Positions 1 to 11,300 of a stretch of 64,000 nt of DNA are shown one piece after another. The translations under genes were made by a program, and so were the position numbers. Within the stretch, counting starts at the first letter, position 1, and each line of letters starts with the position of its first letter. Below the pieces are notes generated by a model, which was given only the letters and a program-made list of their open reading frames with translations, did no database searches and had not been told where the DNA came from. Source of the stretch: a bacterium (lineage in GTDB: Bacteria > Hydrothermota > UBA3073 > JACQXS01 > JAQTXJ01); the NCBI GenBank assembly GCA_028688815.1, contig JAQTXJ010000002.1, forward strand, positions 21,485 through 85,484. The letters run 5' to 3'.

Positions 1-167
1 ATAAAATAGTCCATTGACAGTTTTTGTCAAGGACTAATCTGGGATAATCTTATGGGGTTACAAATGTCCAGCTCATCTTAGTTTTTTCCTAAAAAAGACA
101 AACTACTAATTAAGAAACATGCCTCAAGCTGGAAGCTTAAGATACTTTACGTCTCTACCTGTGTTCT

Positions 168-2252
168 TTACTTTACCAGTACTATCTTCTTTCCCGGCAA
201 AATTTCTTTACCTGCTTTCAATTTACAAAAATAGACTCCATTAGCAAGTTTTTTGTTTTCCAGTTTTACCGTATATTCACCTTTGTTTTTAATCCCTTTA
301 TCAAGAGTTGCTACTTTTTCGCCTGATATATTATATAATGATAATTCCACTTCCGTTGACTGTGGAATTACATAATTAATATTAATCTTATTGGATAAGT
401 TAGGCGTAACAGAAAGAGATAATTCCTTGGGCTTTGTTGTTTCCTCTACATTCTGCCAATTCAAATATATGGAGTTATCAAAGTTAATACTGTCGCTACT
501 TCCAAACGCAGAAAAGAAATACCATAGCCTTATTACATATGTCCCCGTATTAAGTCCGTAGGTTGAAAAAGTACAAATATTGTCATTATCTACCGGAGTC
601 GTTGTTCTGCCTGTTATAGGGAAAAACGTTGTGGTGTCTTTTGTAGGCGCATACTCAACTTTATATCCATCAAAACTAAACGGAGAATTTGGTCCCCTGA
701 GCATAAAAGCACTTCCACGAATGGGAATATTTTCGTTAGTGTGCGAAGGAGACGGCGGATAACAACCCGTAACCATAACCGTTGCGGAATCATAAATTAA
801 TACAGGATTTGCGAGAACAGTATTATAAAGAATCGTTGCTGCCATACCTTTAGCTATTAAATGTCCGTACATAAAATTTGTAAAAAGCATCAGGGAAACA
901 GAATGACCTTCCATAAGTGCATCCGTATAAAGACTTGTAAGCCCGGAAATTAAAAAAGATTTACCTGCGGCACCGATATGTCCGCCTGCTCCGTCACAAA
1001 CCGCGTTCCAAAATAGAGACTTTGCCGAATCCGCCAAAAGACATTCTCCGAAAATCGAACTCTTTATCGAAAGTTGAGTCCCGGAATAAAAATACAAGTT
1101 CCACGCCGCAACGGATGAATTTACAAGATGATAGTTTCTCCCGGGAAACGGCGCCGTAAAATCACTGTATTTCGAACCGTTTACAAGTCCCATTATCGTA
1201 TCTGTGTCCGGAATTGCAAAAATATGGCCTGACCCTCTGATTTCTGCGTTATATAAATCTACATTTGTGCTGTCTTCTGCCATTGTTGCAAGTAAAAGTC
1301 CGGTAAGGCTATCCAGTACAAGAGAATAAGTTATCTTATTGCAGGTAGTATCGGGATACGTAAAATGATTAATCCAATTATTCATATGCAAAGAATCTCC
1401 ATAAATTTTCCCGGATGTCCCTTTCGGGAAACCAACCCAAACAAGTACAGTGTCCGAATGCGAAATATGAACTTCTGACGAATCTCCTAAAACCACAAAT
1501 TCACCTGCTTTATCGGTATGGTTTATGTGTATTTTAGCCTTATCTCCAAATGTGCAAAAAGTAATAAAGGCTTCATTCATAAGTACATTGTCAAATAATA
1601 AAGAACCCCCGTTTATAACCCCGCCACCTAAGGGCAAATTAGAAGAATTTATTTTTGAATGCTTTATTTCTATTTTACTGGAATCCATAATATGCATACC
1701 AACCTGCATACCAAATTGATATATGTAGTCTTGGGGAATTACTAAACTGGTGCTGTCTACGGAAAATAAAGAATTTTGAAACGCATAGATAATACCTCTT
1801 ACAACGAGAGAACAATTGCGGACAATAAGTTGCGAATTGTTATATATTAGTATGTTATTATTAATAGTGGTGTCGTGATCAATTATTACAGTTGAATCTA
1901 TTATTATCCAATCCCCTTTTGTGGAAGCATTAAAAGGTATATTTTGCGTTAAAGTAAAAGCATTTTTTCTGTTTAATTCTATTTGTTTAATGGCTGCAAA
2001 AGGACTTGCATGATATCTGGAAATGATATCCTGCGGAACGTTCGTTTTTGTTGCCGGAGTACTTATTCCTACCGCTTGCGGAAGAAGTTTGTTAATTTCC
2101 TGTTGTAATTTACTCTTAGGAAAGCTTGAACTTTCCTTGTTTGATAGTACATTTGTTTGAGGAGTCGGAATGTTTACATCTTTACTCCGGGTTACCGATT
2201 TTGCGTTTATAACGCCACTAATCAAAACAAACAAAAAAATCGCTTTTCTCAT
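168..2252 (-). CDS. Secreted repetitive (beta-helix-like) protein with T9SS type-A C-terminal sorting domain
   Basis: N-terminal signal peptide (MRKAIFLFVLISGVINA). Asn/Gly-rich repetitive body. C-terminus matches the type-A CTD pattern (...LSLYNISGEKVATL...LANGVYFCKLKAG...KKIVLVK). Confidence 0.55.
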   Translation of the reverse strand: MRKAIFLFVLISGVINAKSVTRSKDVNIPTPQTNVLSNKESSSFPKSKLQQEINKLLPQAVGISTPATKTNVPQDIISRYHASPFAAIKQIELNRKNAFTLTQNIPFNASTKGDWIIIDSTVIIDHDTTINNNILIYNNSQLIVRNCSLVVRGIIYAFQNSLFSVDSTSLVIPQDYIYQFGMQVGMHIMDSSKIEIKHSKINSSNLPLGGGVINGGSLLFDNVLMNEAFITFCTFGDKAKIHINHTDKAGEFVVLGDSSEVHISHSDTVLVWVGFPKGTSGKIYGDSLHMNNWINHFTYPDTTCNKITYSLVLDSLTGLLLATMAEDSTNVDLYNAEIRGSGHIFAIPDTDTIMGLVNGSKYSDFTAPFPGRNYHLVNSSVAAWNLYFYSGTQLSIKSSIFGECLLADSAKSLFWNAVCDGAGGHIGAAGKSFLISGLTSLYTDALMEGHSVSLMLFTNFMYGHLIAKGMAATILYNTVLANPVLIYDSATVMVTGCYPPSPSHTNENIPIRGSAFMLRGPNSPFSFDGYKVEYAPTKDTTTFFPITGRTTTPVDNDNICTFSTYGLNTGTYVIRLWYFFSAFGSSDSINFDNSIYLNWQNVEETTKPKELSLSVTPNLSNKININYVIPQSTEVELSLYNISGEKVATLDKGIKNKGEYTVKLENKKLANGVYFCKLKAGKEILPGKKIVLVK

Positions 2253-2704
2253 TTTACCTCCATTTGTAATTCTTCTTTTTGTTTTTTTCTGCTTTTTCTT
2301 CTTTTATCTTCTATGATTTTTGTTGGCGGAGGCATCGGTTTACGATGTCTCCGGTATTTTTCATAAATTTCGTTACTTTTATTTTTTATTAATTTTAGTG
2401 TTTTTATTTTCCTTTTCATTGTTTTTTACTTATAATAATATTGCATTCTTCTTGGATGGGTAGGGTGACGTCATCCTACCTGCCCATATTTATAATATGT
2501 TATATAGCAAATGTCACGACATTTTAGACTGTAATTCATAAGTTTGGTATTATATAACAACAAATTAAGAATTTTCTTATAATTATATTTCGGATAAAAC
2601 CATATTTTTGTATCATATTAGATACAAAAAGTGTATCATTTTTGCTTGTCTATCGTCAGGCAGGAATGCTTACAATTGCTATAAGGAACTATTTAATCAC
2701 GTTT

Positions 2705-4105
2705 TTAATTACTAAAATGTGTTTCTACTATTCGTCCCCAAAAGTCTATTATTGTTAAAGCGTCTACATCTCCCGTTATTGAGAATACGCTTCTTGCTGC
2801 CCATGGCCATCGCCAGAATCGTACAAGAGGAACATCCTGTTTCTCTATTTGTTTTAATATTTCTATTTCGTCAAATTCTTTTATCCCATTAAAATATATT
2901 GAGTAGTTGTCTGCCGTTTTAGTAATTTCAACTATATACCCATCTTCTTTTAAGAACTTCACAAATCTGTCGGAACAATTTGGATTTATTCCGATTATTG
3001 GTTTTTTATCCGAATGAACTTTCAACTCGCTTATTGAATTTACCAACTTATATTTACCATACCAGTTAGCGCTCTCCGTAAAAGATGATGGATCTGCGAC
3101 AAAGCGGGATGTTCCATTTTTCCCATTGCCTTTAATCCCTGCTTGGTCGAAATGTCCCGTTTCTATATTTTTTGCCAGCACTGTTGCGCGTTTGGAACAC
3201 TTAAAATTAATAGCATAAACATTTGTTTGTGTTTCTTTTATAACGGCTTCAAACTTTTCTTTTTCTATCCACCATTCTGCAATGTCTTTTAATGTTGCTT
3301 TCCATACAGGCAGATTGAAAACTTCTACTTGTTTAAGTATCCTTTCGATTGCCGGTCTATACAATGTGACACGTTCCGGATGTACCTGTACTCCAAAAAA
3401 CTCTCCTCTTTCATAAGTTTTCTTAAAAATAGTCCATAATATTTTTTTTACTATTTGTTGTTTCCTTATTCCAAGCCTGTCAACTACGATTTCGTCGTCC
3501 GGCAAAGTCATTGGTATCTCAACAATTCCATTTTTCATTATTCTGGGTGTTACAACTTGTTTTGCCACTTTACCTGGAGTATATAGTCTTACGGCTTTCT
3601 GATACGCATCCCACTGCTTTTTCTTAAAATCTTTTTTATCTATAATATCCAACAACATTGTATAACTGCTGTCCCACATAAAACCATTGGTCTTAAGCGC
3701 TTCCATTGTATCGTCATTCCATCTAGTGTAAGGAGCCCTAAACCCGGAAAATGTAATCTTATATTTTTGAAAAATCTCTATTGCTTTCCTGAAATGTTCT
3801 TCCTGTTGCTTTAAGCTTAATCTTGTATAATCAATATGTACATACCCATGAATTTCAAAAACCGCCCCTCTTTTTTGCAATCTTTGTATGGTTTCAGGAT
3901 ACCTATCCACAATGTTTGCTGTAATTGGAAACGTTGGAATAGCATTATATTTAAGTAGCAAATCGATATATCGCCCGAGTATTTTCTCTAATTTGCAGGG
4001 CGTAAAGTTGAACCTATTCATTATGCTTAATCCCCTGCTTATAAGATTTACTATTCCCCTTGATTGCCATAAAAATGAAGCTAATTTTCGCATATTGTTA
4101 TACAA
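2705..4105 (-). CDS. Polysaccharide deacetylase (NodB-homology) family protein
   Basis: HxxxH motif (EIHGYVHID) and RxPY motif (GFRAPYTRW) typical of NodB-type carbohydrate esterases. 466 aa. Confidence 0.45.
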   Translation of the reverse strand: MYNNMRKLASFLWQSRGIVNLISRGLSIMNRFNFTPCKLEKILGRYIDLLLKYNAIPTFPITANIVDRYPETIQRLQKRGAVFEIHGYVHIDYTRLSLKQQEEHFRKAIEIFQKYKITFSGFRAPYTRWNDDTMEALKTNGFMWDSSYTMLLDIIDKKDFKKKQWDAYQKAVRLYTPGKVAKQVVTPRIMKNGIVEIPMTLPDDEIVVDRLGIRKQQIVKKILWTIFKKTYERGEFFGVQVHPERVTLYRPAIERILKQVEVFNLPVWKATLKDIAEWWIEKEKFEAVIKETQTNVYAINFKCSKRATVLAKNIETGHFDQAGIKGNGKNGTSRFVADPSSFTESANWYGKYKLVNSISELKVHSDKKPIIGINPNCSDRFVKFLKEDGYIVEITKTADNYSIYFNGIKEFDEIEILKQIEKQDVPLVRFWRWPWAARSVFSITGDVDALTIIDFWGRIVETHFSN

Positions 4106-4111
4106 AATATA

Positions 4112-4162
4112 GGAAGCCCTTGAAGCTTTGGCAATTAGGGATCCCTATCCAGCTCTGCTGGA
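4112..4162. repeat. Intergenic repeat family B copy (agcccttgaagctttggcaattagggatccctatccagctctgctgg)
   Basis: Roughly 85% identical to 55069-55118 by eye. Ends in a ccagc-tct-gctgg hairpin. Confidence 0.6.
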
Positions 4163-4345
4163 CTACTTAATACCCTCAATTACTATTAATTACTACATTT
4201 AATTTTTAATGTTTGCAAGCTTTTTCTATATTATTTATCCCAAGTGAAAAATTCTTTGACAATAGCTTTATTACTCATTATCCTTATTGTTAATAAGAAA
4301 TAAATAGTAAAATATATTCTTGTCTAAATTTAACAAGGAGGCAAT

Positions 4346-5956
4346 ATGAAAAGATTTACTTTTCTTTTTGCTACCCTTTTTTTTACCAATTCAATATTCG
4401 CAGAAAAAATAGTCTTCACAAAAGAATATTACTACAACAACCCTCCTATCCAGGGTTGGTTTTCTGAGTTATGGACTATGAATACGGATGGTTCTGGGGG
4501 AACTCAATTAACTAATTTCGGAGTTCCATATACAGCCGAAAATCCTGTCCTTTCGCCTGACGGGAAATGGATTGCTTTTACTTCTTCTTATTGTGCCTGG
4601 CGCAGCGCGCTTTATAAAGACATATTTGTAATCGGAACAAACGGTGCTCAATTAACGAGACTTACAGGCGGAGAATATATTACTCCCGTAGATTCCGGGA
4701 CTTTGCATGGTTTAATCTATGATAATACCGGAACGGATATTCAGGAAATCCAGATAAATATTACGTACCAGGGGTCTAACCAATTCTACCATCCTACAGA
4801 AATATCGGATAATCTTTTTGAATATACCATCCCGAATGTCCCATCCGGTAAAATATGGGTCAAAGCTTCTGTTAGCCAGTATAAAGGCTGTTTAATTTTT
4901 CCCGTAATAAATGCTGGGACAGTTAACACCGTTGAAAATATGTATCTTGAAAATGGAAATTATCTTGCAGGCTCTCCTGATTGGGCGCCGGATATGAGTA
5001 AAGTAGCCGGCATCTTTTCGTATTCCTGTTATGACCATACCGACTCTACTAACCAATGTAAAGGCTCGGATAATATCTCTTTATGGGATATAAACGGAAC
5101 TCAATTGGGGACCCGTTCTTCCACTTATCCTTTTGACGGATTTCCTCGTTACTCTCCGGACGGGACAAAAATAGCCTTTTCCTACGGAGCGCCGTTCACG
5201 CAATCGCTTGTTACAGTTCCTTCTAATAACCTGAGTGCCACAGCTACAGTTATAGTTCCGGGGAACATAGACTATGTAAATCTTAGAAATTATTCTGCAG
5301 TTTATCCTGCATGGTCACCTGATGGTGGCAAACTTGCTTTTACGTATCAAATGGTTGATGCATATATGAATTTGTATGGCGGTTTATATACCGTAAACTC
5401 TAATGGCAGCGATACTACGGAAATCGTCTCGTTTACTTCAAATGCTTTTCCAATATACCCTTCTTTTTCTCTTGACGGAACAAAACTAATTTACACTTTA
5501 ATGCAAAGCAAGAGCGCGTATCTTAATATAATAACCGACTTATCAACCCACAATTACACAACGGATATCTGGGAATATGACCTTGTGAAAAAAGCAAGTA
5601 CCAAAATCACTACCGATGGACTATCAAACGCTGCATTCTGGGGAAACTTTAACCCGATATCAGTGGAAGAAAAAAATAATACTAAACGCCAAATTCTAAA
5701 TGCGGAATTAAAAATACTTAAAAATCCATTTGTTGGTTCTACAACTATTAGGTATTCCGTATCCATCCCGGGACCGGTATTTTTGATGGTTTATAATTCA
5801 ACAGGTATAGCTGTAAAAACATTAGTTAATGAGAGAAAAGAAGTTGGAACTTATGAAATTAATTTTTCAGGTAAAGGATTCCCTACAGGTGTTTATTTTG
5901 CAAAACTGAGTATTGGAAATTATCGGGAAACTCAAAAATTTACTTTACTGAAATAA
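4346..5956 (+). CDS. TolB-like WD40 beta-propeller protein with T9SS type-A C-terminal sorting domain
   Basis: SD site (AAGGAGG) before the ATG and a signal peptide. Repeated SPDGxxIAF(T/S) blades (SPDGKWIAFTS, SPDGTKIAFS, SPDGGKLAFT, SLDGTKLIYT). C-terminal NPFVGSTTIRYS...MVYNSTGIAVKTL...GVYFAKL...KFTLLK. Confidence 0.6.
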   Translation: MKRFTFLFATLFFTNSIFAEKIVFTKEYYYNNPPIQGWFSELWTMNTDGSGGTQLTNFGVPYTAENPVLSPDGKWIAFTSSYCAWRSALYKDIFVIGTNGAQLTRLTGGEYITPVDSGTLHGLIYDNTGTDIQEIQINITYQGSNQFYHPTEISDNLFEYTIPNVPSGKIWVKASVSQYKGCLIFPVINAGTVNTVENMYLENGNYLAGSPDWAPDMSKVAGIFSYSCYDHTDSTNQCKGSDNISLWDINGTQLGTRSSTYPFDGFPRYSPDGTKIAFSYGAPFTQSLVTVPSNNLSATATVIVPGNIDYVNLRNYSAVYPAWSPDGGKLAFTYQMVDAYMNLYGGLYTVNSNGSDTTEIVSFTSNAFPIYPSFSLDGTKLIYTLMQSKSAYLNIITDLSTHNYTTDIWEYDLVKKASTKITTDGLSNAAFWGNFNPISVEEKNNTKRQILNAELKILKNPFVGSTTIRYSVSIPGPVFLMVYNSTGIAVKTLVNERKEVGTYEINFSGKGFPTGVYFAKLSIGNYRETQKFTLLK

Positions 5957-5978
5957 AAACTTGCAATAAAGTAAGACA

Positions 5979-6920
5979 ATGGAAATGGATTTCAATGAAA
6001 TAATAAGTAAGATTAATAAAGAGATTCGTATTCCGCTTTTGCCTGAAATTCCAACTTATGGGATTAGAGAAAAGCTAAATGAATATATAAAAAAAATAGA
6101 AGGTACGGATAATAATACTTCTTTATTTCCCCCGGAATATGACTTTTATTGCGGTGTTAATTTTTATTATAAAGATAATTACGAAGCATCTTTGGAGTGC
6201 TTTAACAAAGCCATTGAATTGAAGCCCGATTATTATAATGCAGTGTACAACAAAGCTATTGTTCTCCGGGCGCTCGAACGATTTGAAGAAGCCATTGAAA
6301 CCTCTGACAGAGCAATAGAAATAAACCCTAACGATGCAAAAATTTGGTACAGTAAAGGGGTTACCCTGTCTAAACTTGTAGAATGCGAAAAAGCTATCAA
6401 ATGTTTTGACAAAGCTTTGGAATTAAATCCTGATTACTATGATGCGATATATAACAAAGCCCTTATGTTTAGTCACATTGGCAATCTTGAAGAAGCTGTT
6501 AAAACTTGCAATAAAGCAATAGAAATAAATCCAAACGATGCAAAAATATGGTATAATAAAGCTAATTCGCTTGCCGATATCGGCTTGATAAATGAAGCAC
6601 TTAAGTCTTACGATAAAGCAATAGAAATAAATCCGAATTTTGTCCTTGCATTTTATAATAAGGCAATTGTTCTGGGGGCTATGGGGTTTTACAAAAGATC
6701 TCTTGAAACCTATGATAAAGTAATAGAGTTAAGGCCCGAACTTGCCATGGCATGGTATAATAAAGCTTGTATGTATGCATGGAAAAGCGATAAAGAAAAC
6801 TCTTTGAAACACTTATCAAAAGCAATAGATTTGGATACAAGAAATAAAGAAAAAGCTAAAACGGATGAAGATTTTTTGAACTTGTGGAGTGACGAGGACT
6901 TTATAAAACTTACAACTTAA
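5979..6920 (+). CDS. Tetratricopeptide (TPR) repeat protein
   Basis: Six or more tandem 34-aa TPR units (AIEINPNDAKIWYNKG..., ALELNPDYYDAIYNKA...). Confidence 0.7.
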   Translation: MEMDFNEIISKINKEIRIPLLPEIPTYGIREKLNEYIKKIEGTDNNTSLFPPEYDFYCGVNFYYKDNYEASLECFNKAIELKPDYYNAVYNKAIVLRALERFEEAIETSDRAIEINPNDAKIWYSKGVTLSKLVECEKAIKCFDKALELNPDYYDAIYNKALMFSHIGNLEEAVKTCNKAIEINPNDAKIWYNKANSLADIGLINEALKSYDKAIEINPNFVLAFYNKAIVLGAMGFYKRSLETYDKVIELRPELAMAWYNKACMYAWKSDKENSLKHLSKAIDLDTRNKEKAKTDEDFLNLWSDEDFIKLTT

Positions 6921-7032
6921 AACAGAAAACAAAATGAAAACATATCTTATATATATTCTATTTGCAGGACTTTTAACAAATAACACTAAAGGTTACGATA
7001 TTGATAAGATTAAATTAGAAGGAGGAGAAAAA

Positions 7033-7506
7033 ATGAAGATATTAGTCGCTTTTTATTCCAGAACGGGAACAACAAAAAAAGTTGCCGAAACAATGTCCGG
7101 AATTCTTAAATGCGATATGGAAGAAATAGTTGATATGAAAAGCAGAAAAGGGTTATGGGGTTGGATTATGTCCGGGAAAGACGCTACCCAAAATAATCTT
7201 ACGACAATCAAGGAAATAACCAAAGCACCGGATTCTTATGATTTGATTATAATTGGGACACCTATCTGGGCATCTAAAATGACACCTGCTGTCAGAACGT
7301 ACCTATCACAAAACAAAGAGAAAATCAAAAACATCGCTTTCTTTTGTACAATGGGGGGTTCCAATGCAGGAAATGCTTTTAAGGAGATGGAATCGTTTGT
7401 CGGTAAAGAACCTTTTCAAACGCTTGAGATCCCAGCAAAAGAAGTTGCACAGGGAACATATGTCCAGAAAGTCAAAGACTTTACTGTTGAAATCCTGAAG
7501 AAATAA
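7033..7506 (+). CDS. Flavodoxin-like fold protein
   Basis: MKILVAFYSRTGTTKKVAE flavodoxin-type N-terminus. The ORF track starts at 6934, but a strong GGAGGAG SD sits directly before the ATG at 7033. Confidence 0.5.
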   Translation: MKILVAFYSRTGTTKKVAETMSGILKCDMEEIVDMKSRKGLWGWIMSGKDATQNNLTTIKEITKAPDSYDLIIIGTPIWASKMTPAVRTYLSQNKEKIKNIAFFCTMGGSNAGNAFKEMESFVGKEPFQTLEIPAKEVAQGTYVQKVKDFTVEILKK

Positions 7507-7509
7507 AAA

Positions 7510-7584
7510 ACAGAAAATAACAGAGATAAATTATTACCGCAGAGACGCACCGCCAAAGCGGGGTAAACTCCGCCCGCAAAGAAC
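7510..7584 (-). repeat. Intergenic repeat family A (GC-hairpin element), reverse-orientation copy
   Basis: The reverse complement matches 54105-54165 and 55017-55133 (…ttctytgcgkgcggagtttayccc-gctttggcggkrcgwctctgcggt-aa…) and includes the gtgaaaatttctgtt tail. Confidence 0.6.
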
Positions 7585-7740
7585 AAAAAAACAGAGAACG
7601 GACAAGTCTAACCACAGAGAGCACAGAGAACGGGAAACAAATAAAAGTTAGAGTTAAAAGGAAAGACAAACATACAAGTTTTTACATAGAGAACACAGAG
7701 GATAAAACAGAGAGGACGCAGAGTCATTAAAATTAGAAAG
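7585..7740. repeat. Purine-rich CACAGAGA / AACAGAGA degenerate repeat tract (family C)
   Basis: Repeated cacagaga, acagagaacg and agagaacacagagg words between convergent genes. The reverse complement of 59485-59600 shares agagaacacagag. Confidence 0.5.
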
Positions 7741-7760
7741 ATAAGGTAAATTAAATGCAG

Positions 7761-8303
7761 CTACAAACCTAAATCTGCGTTTATTTTTTGCATTCCTGCG
7801 AGGGTTAATTCAATAAACTGTTCCAGTGAGAGCTCTAACTTTTCACATTCTTTTATTTGTTCGCGGTTTGCGCCTGCGGCAAATCTTCTTTCTTCAAACC
7901 TGCGCAGTATAAATTCAACGGTTATGGATTGCAATTTTTTATCCGGATGCATTAAAGCAGAAGCAACTATTAATCCCGTGAGAGGGTCTATTGCATAAAG
8001 TGTATAATCCATTTTTGATTTAGACGGCACCTTGCTTGCGTGTGCTTTAATTGCATACAATACAAATTCAGGGACGCAATCCTGGAGTATTTCTGCAGTT
8101 TTAATCCCGTGTTGTGAGAAATCATTCTTGGTATCTTCATAGTCAAGATCGTGTAGGAGCCCGGTAAGTCCCCAGAATTCTTCATCTTCTCCAAAATATT
8201 TTGCAACTTCTTTCATTCCTGCTTCAACTGCAAGGCAATGTTTTATAAGATTTTGAGTTTGTATTTTTTCGTTAAGAAGTATAAACGCTGTTTCTCTTGT
8301 CAT
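7761..8303 (-). CDS. HD-domain metal-dependent phosphohydrolase
   Basis: H...HD motif (LLHDLDY) and a downstream conserved His (AIKAHAS). 180 aa single-domain HD protein. Confidence 0.6.
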   Translation of the reverse strand: MTRETAFILLNEKIQTQNLIKHCLAVEAGMKEVAKYFGEDEEFWGLTGLLHDLDYEDTKNDFSQHGIKTAEILQDCVPEFVLYAIKAHASKVPSKSKMDYTLYAIDPLTGLIVASALMHPDKKLQSITVEFILRRFEERRFAAGANREQIKECEKLELSLEQFIELTLAGMQKINADLGL

Positions 8304-8330
8304 ATTAAATAAAAATGAAAGAAGGAGTAA

Positions 8331-11300
8331 TTAACGTCTTTCCGGCAACAGGGTTAATTTCTTTGTTATGTTTCGGCCCTCTAGTTTGAACATATAAATA
8401 TAAGTTCCTGCTGCCACTGTCCTGCCAGCCTGGTTTGTTCCATCCCAGAGTACTTCATGTTTGCCGATAGTAAACAATTGGTTTTCAAATAAGGATTTTA
8501 TTAATTCCCCTTTACGGTTCAAAATAATAAGTGTGCAATATGTATCCCGCGGAAGAACAAATACAAAGTTCGTACCTTCATCTCTTCTAAATGGATTCGG
8601 ATAATTATGTATAGAACTGTCCGAAAGTTCCGGTGGAGCAATTAATGTGATTACTCTTGCACTATCTTTTACGGAAGTGTTTATGCTTGATGTCCCCCAT
8701 ACAAGTATTGTGTCGGCAAGCGTCGTAGTTGCTCCAATCATTATGCTTGGTGGTGGAGTTACGGTTAATCTGAGTGGAATAGATGTTCCGTAAGGAGGTA
8801 CTACACCTACATCAACCAAATTATCTCCATCGCTATCTGTTAATGGTGTCCCGTTAGTATGTGTAAGTGCATATGTCCATCCATTGTTAACCTTATCAAC
8901 TGTAATATCTACAGTATCATAATCATTCCCATTATTAATTACCTGAAGCGTGTAATTTATTGGTGTCCCGGAAGTTTTTCCTGTATCGTCAGGGTCAACA
9001 AGTATGCTTATTACCCGTTCTCTTGAGCACCTGAATATTATAGAAGTATCGGCAACTTGTTTATTTATCCTTTTTACTTTTATTGAATTTGCGATAACTA
9101 CTGTTGTGTCACAGGTTAATGGCAATGGAGGCGCGTATATTCTTGCAGTAAGCAACCTTGTAGAATCCGGCGGCACATCCGGGAATATATAAGAACTATC
9201 TGTTGTTCCCTGGAATGTAACTCTCCAACCTGAAGTTAAATTATATCCGGTTACTTTAATGCTATCCGTAAAGTCTCCCGTATTTTTAACAGTTAAAACG
9301 CATACTTTGCTTTCATTTACAAAAACGCTGTCAAGGCTTACATTATCAGGAGCTATTTCTACGCCGTATTTCATAACTACAATATGGCTTGTTGAATCCC
9401 TAACCGTATCGTCGGAATTGCTTGCAAATACGACACATCTGTTATTTATAGTTCCTAACGTTGTATCTACAATATTTTTCCCAAGCCCGTAGTCTGCGAG
9501 AGTTTTTACTACTGCTCGATAAGAAACCGTTGTATCTCTTGAAGGTAGTATGCTTGGAAATCTCCATTCCGGCATATGTCCAATTAATGGCTGTCTATAA
9601 TCACCCCATATAGTATCTCTAAGTATAACCTGTCGTAATGTTGCCTGACCTAAGTTTGTGACTTTGATTGTGTAAGTAATCGTGTCTCCCGGTATAACAG
9701 TGTCCGTTCTGTTAGAAGTCTTTTCCACTCTCATATCCGTGTTTAATATATAATGTTCCACTTTGGTGCTTGTCCATATTTTACTTATGTTTCCAATGCT
9801 TCCATAAATATATGCCGAATCATATAATGTATCCGCCTGGTGTTTAAGATTGCCGACAATTGTTCGGAATGTTACAGTATCTCCATAGTTAGGAGCGACG
9901 TTTCCTAATGACCAGATAACTTTGCCATTAGACGCAATGCCCCCATTGGATATAGGTGGAATTATTCTATAATTTGCGCCCCATAAAGTATCCGTTAATT
10001 GAACATTCTCGCCTCTCGTATTCCCGGTATTATTATAGGAAATAAAATAACTTATTGTATCCCCCGGAGATACTTCTGAAGCAGTTACAGGTATAGCCCA
10101 TTTATTTATTTCAAGATCTAATTTCCCTGCAACGTAAAGGATATGAGTATCCGAAGTATCCGATACTATATTATCGCCTGTTATCCAGTATGTATTTTTC
10201 AAGGTGTCTATAGTGTCCGTAATTTCCTGTTTTGTTATAAGATTATTTACCCTGACTCTAAATCTTGCAGTATCTATCTCCCCACTGTCCATTTCTGTTA
10301 TTTTCCATTGTATAACGTTTTGCGCTAGGGAAGAATTTTTCCAATACGACACAGTAGCAGAATCAGGATTTATAATGGTTGTATCTATAATTACACAACT
10401 GCGACCGCTTTTTATGGTATCTATTACCCAAACATTTTTTGCTTTTACAGGTCCAAGAGATTTAAAAGTTATTTCATATTCAAAAGTATCCCCGGGAGCA
10501 ACAATAGAGTATTCCGGCAGTAATGAATTACTTGGATACCTGAAAGATTTTTTCTTATAGATATTAATTGTTGGTCTTGCCAAGATATGATAAGTCGTAT
10601 CCGATGTATTGGGTACATCCTCGTCAGTACTTGTAAGCCAGGACTTGTTCCATATAGTATCCCCATAAGCAGTATCATCTAAGGGGTTGCGTATAAATTT
10701 TGTAAATGTATAAACAGTATCTTGCCCGGGCGTTAGGGAATCTATTCCCCATATTACGACGCCGGATGGGCTAAAGTAGTTAGATAAAGTGTCTTTAACC
10801 GTAATGTTTTTACCGGTAACCATTCCCGTATTTTCACATCTTAACGTGTAAACTATGCTATCCCCGGCAGTAACATATGACCCGCTTGCGGGTACAGCCG
10901 TTTTTAATATGTTTATATGTGGTAAACCTATTGTATGAATAGTGGTATCGCTCTTAATCGTATCTTTTAGAGAATAAAATGTTCCATAATTAAATATAGT
11001 ATTGCCCTCAAAGTTATTGCTATCCTGTACCGTTGCACTAAATCCAACCGTGTCTGTTGTCCCTGCTGACATTTTAAGCCGCCATGTTATGAAAAATCTC
11101 TTTGCAGGCGCTGAGATAGAATCAATTTTAAAGCTGTCTCCTATAAAATTAAACGGAGGAAATGCGAGCAAAGGTGATAAAGTATCAACTATAGTAATCT
11201 CGGTATCCGAAGCTCCGGCAGTGCACGAAAGTCGGAACTGTATTACATCTCCGGGTTTCACATAACTCCCGGAGGCAGGGATTGCCCATTTAGAGAACTT

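Noticed and set aside
2461-2489. TGACGTCA as a bona fide CRP/CREB-type operator
   Set aside because: An 8-bp palindrome in AT-rich spacer DNA can occur by chance, and there is no second half-site spacing typical of CRP.
6934-7032. Longer N-terminal extension of the flavodoxin-like ORF
   Set aside because: A strong GGAGGAG SD site directly precedes the internal ATG at 7033, and the extension has no flavodoxin homology.
7481-7669. 62-aa minus-strand ORF and the possibility of a CRISPR array in the CAGAGA-rich tract
   Set aside because: The ORF lies in repeat DNA with no RBS. The repeats are degenerate, of irregular length and without unique spacers, so they are not CRISPR.
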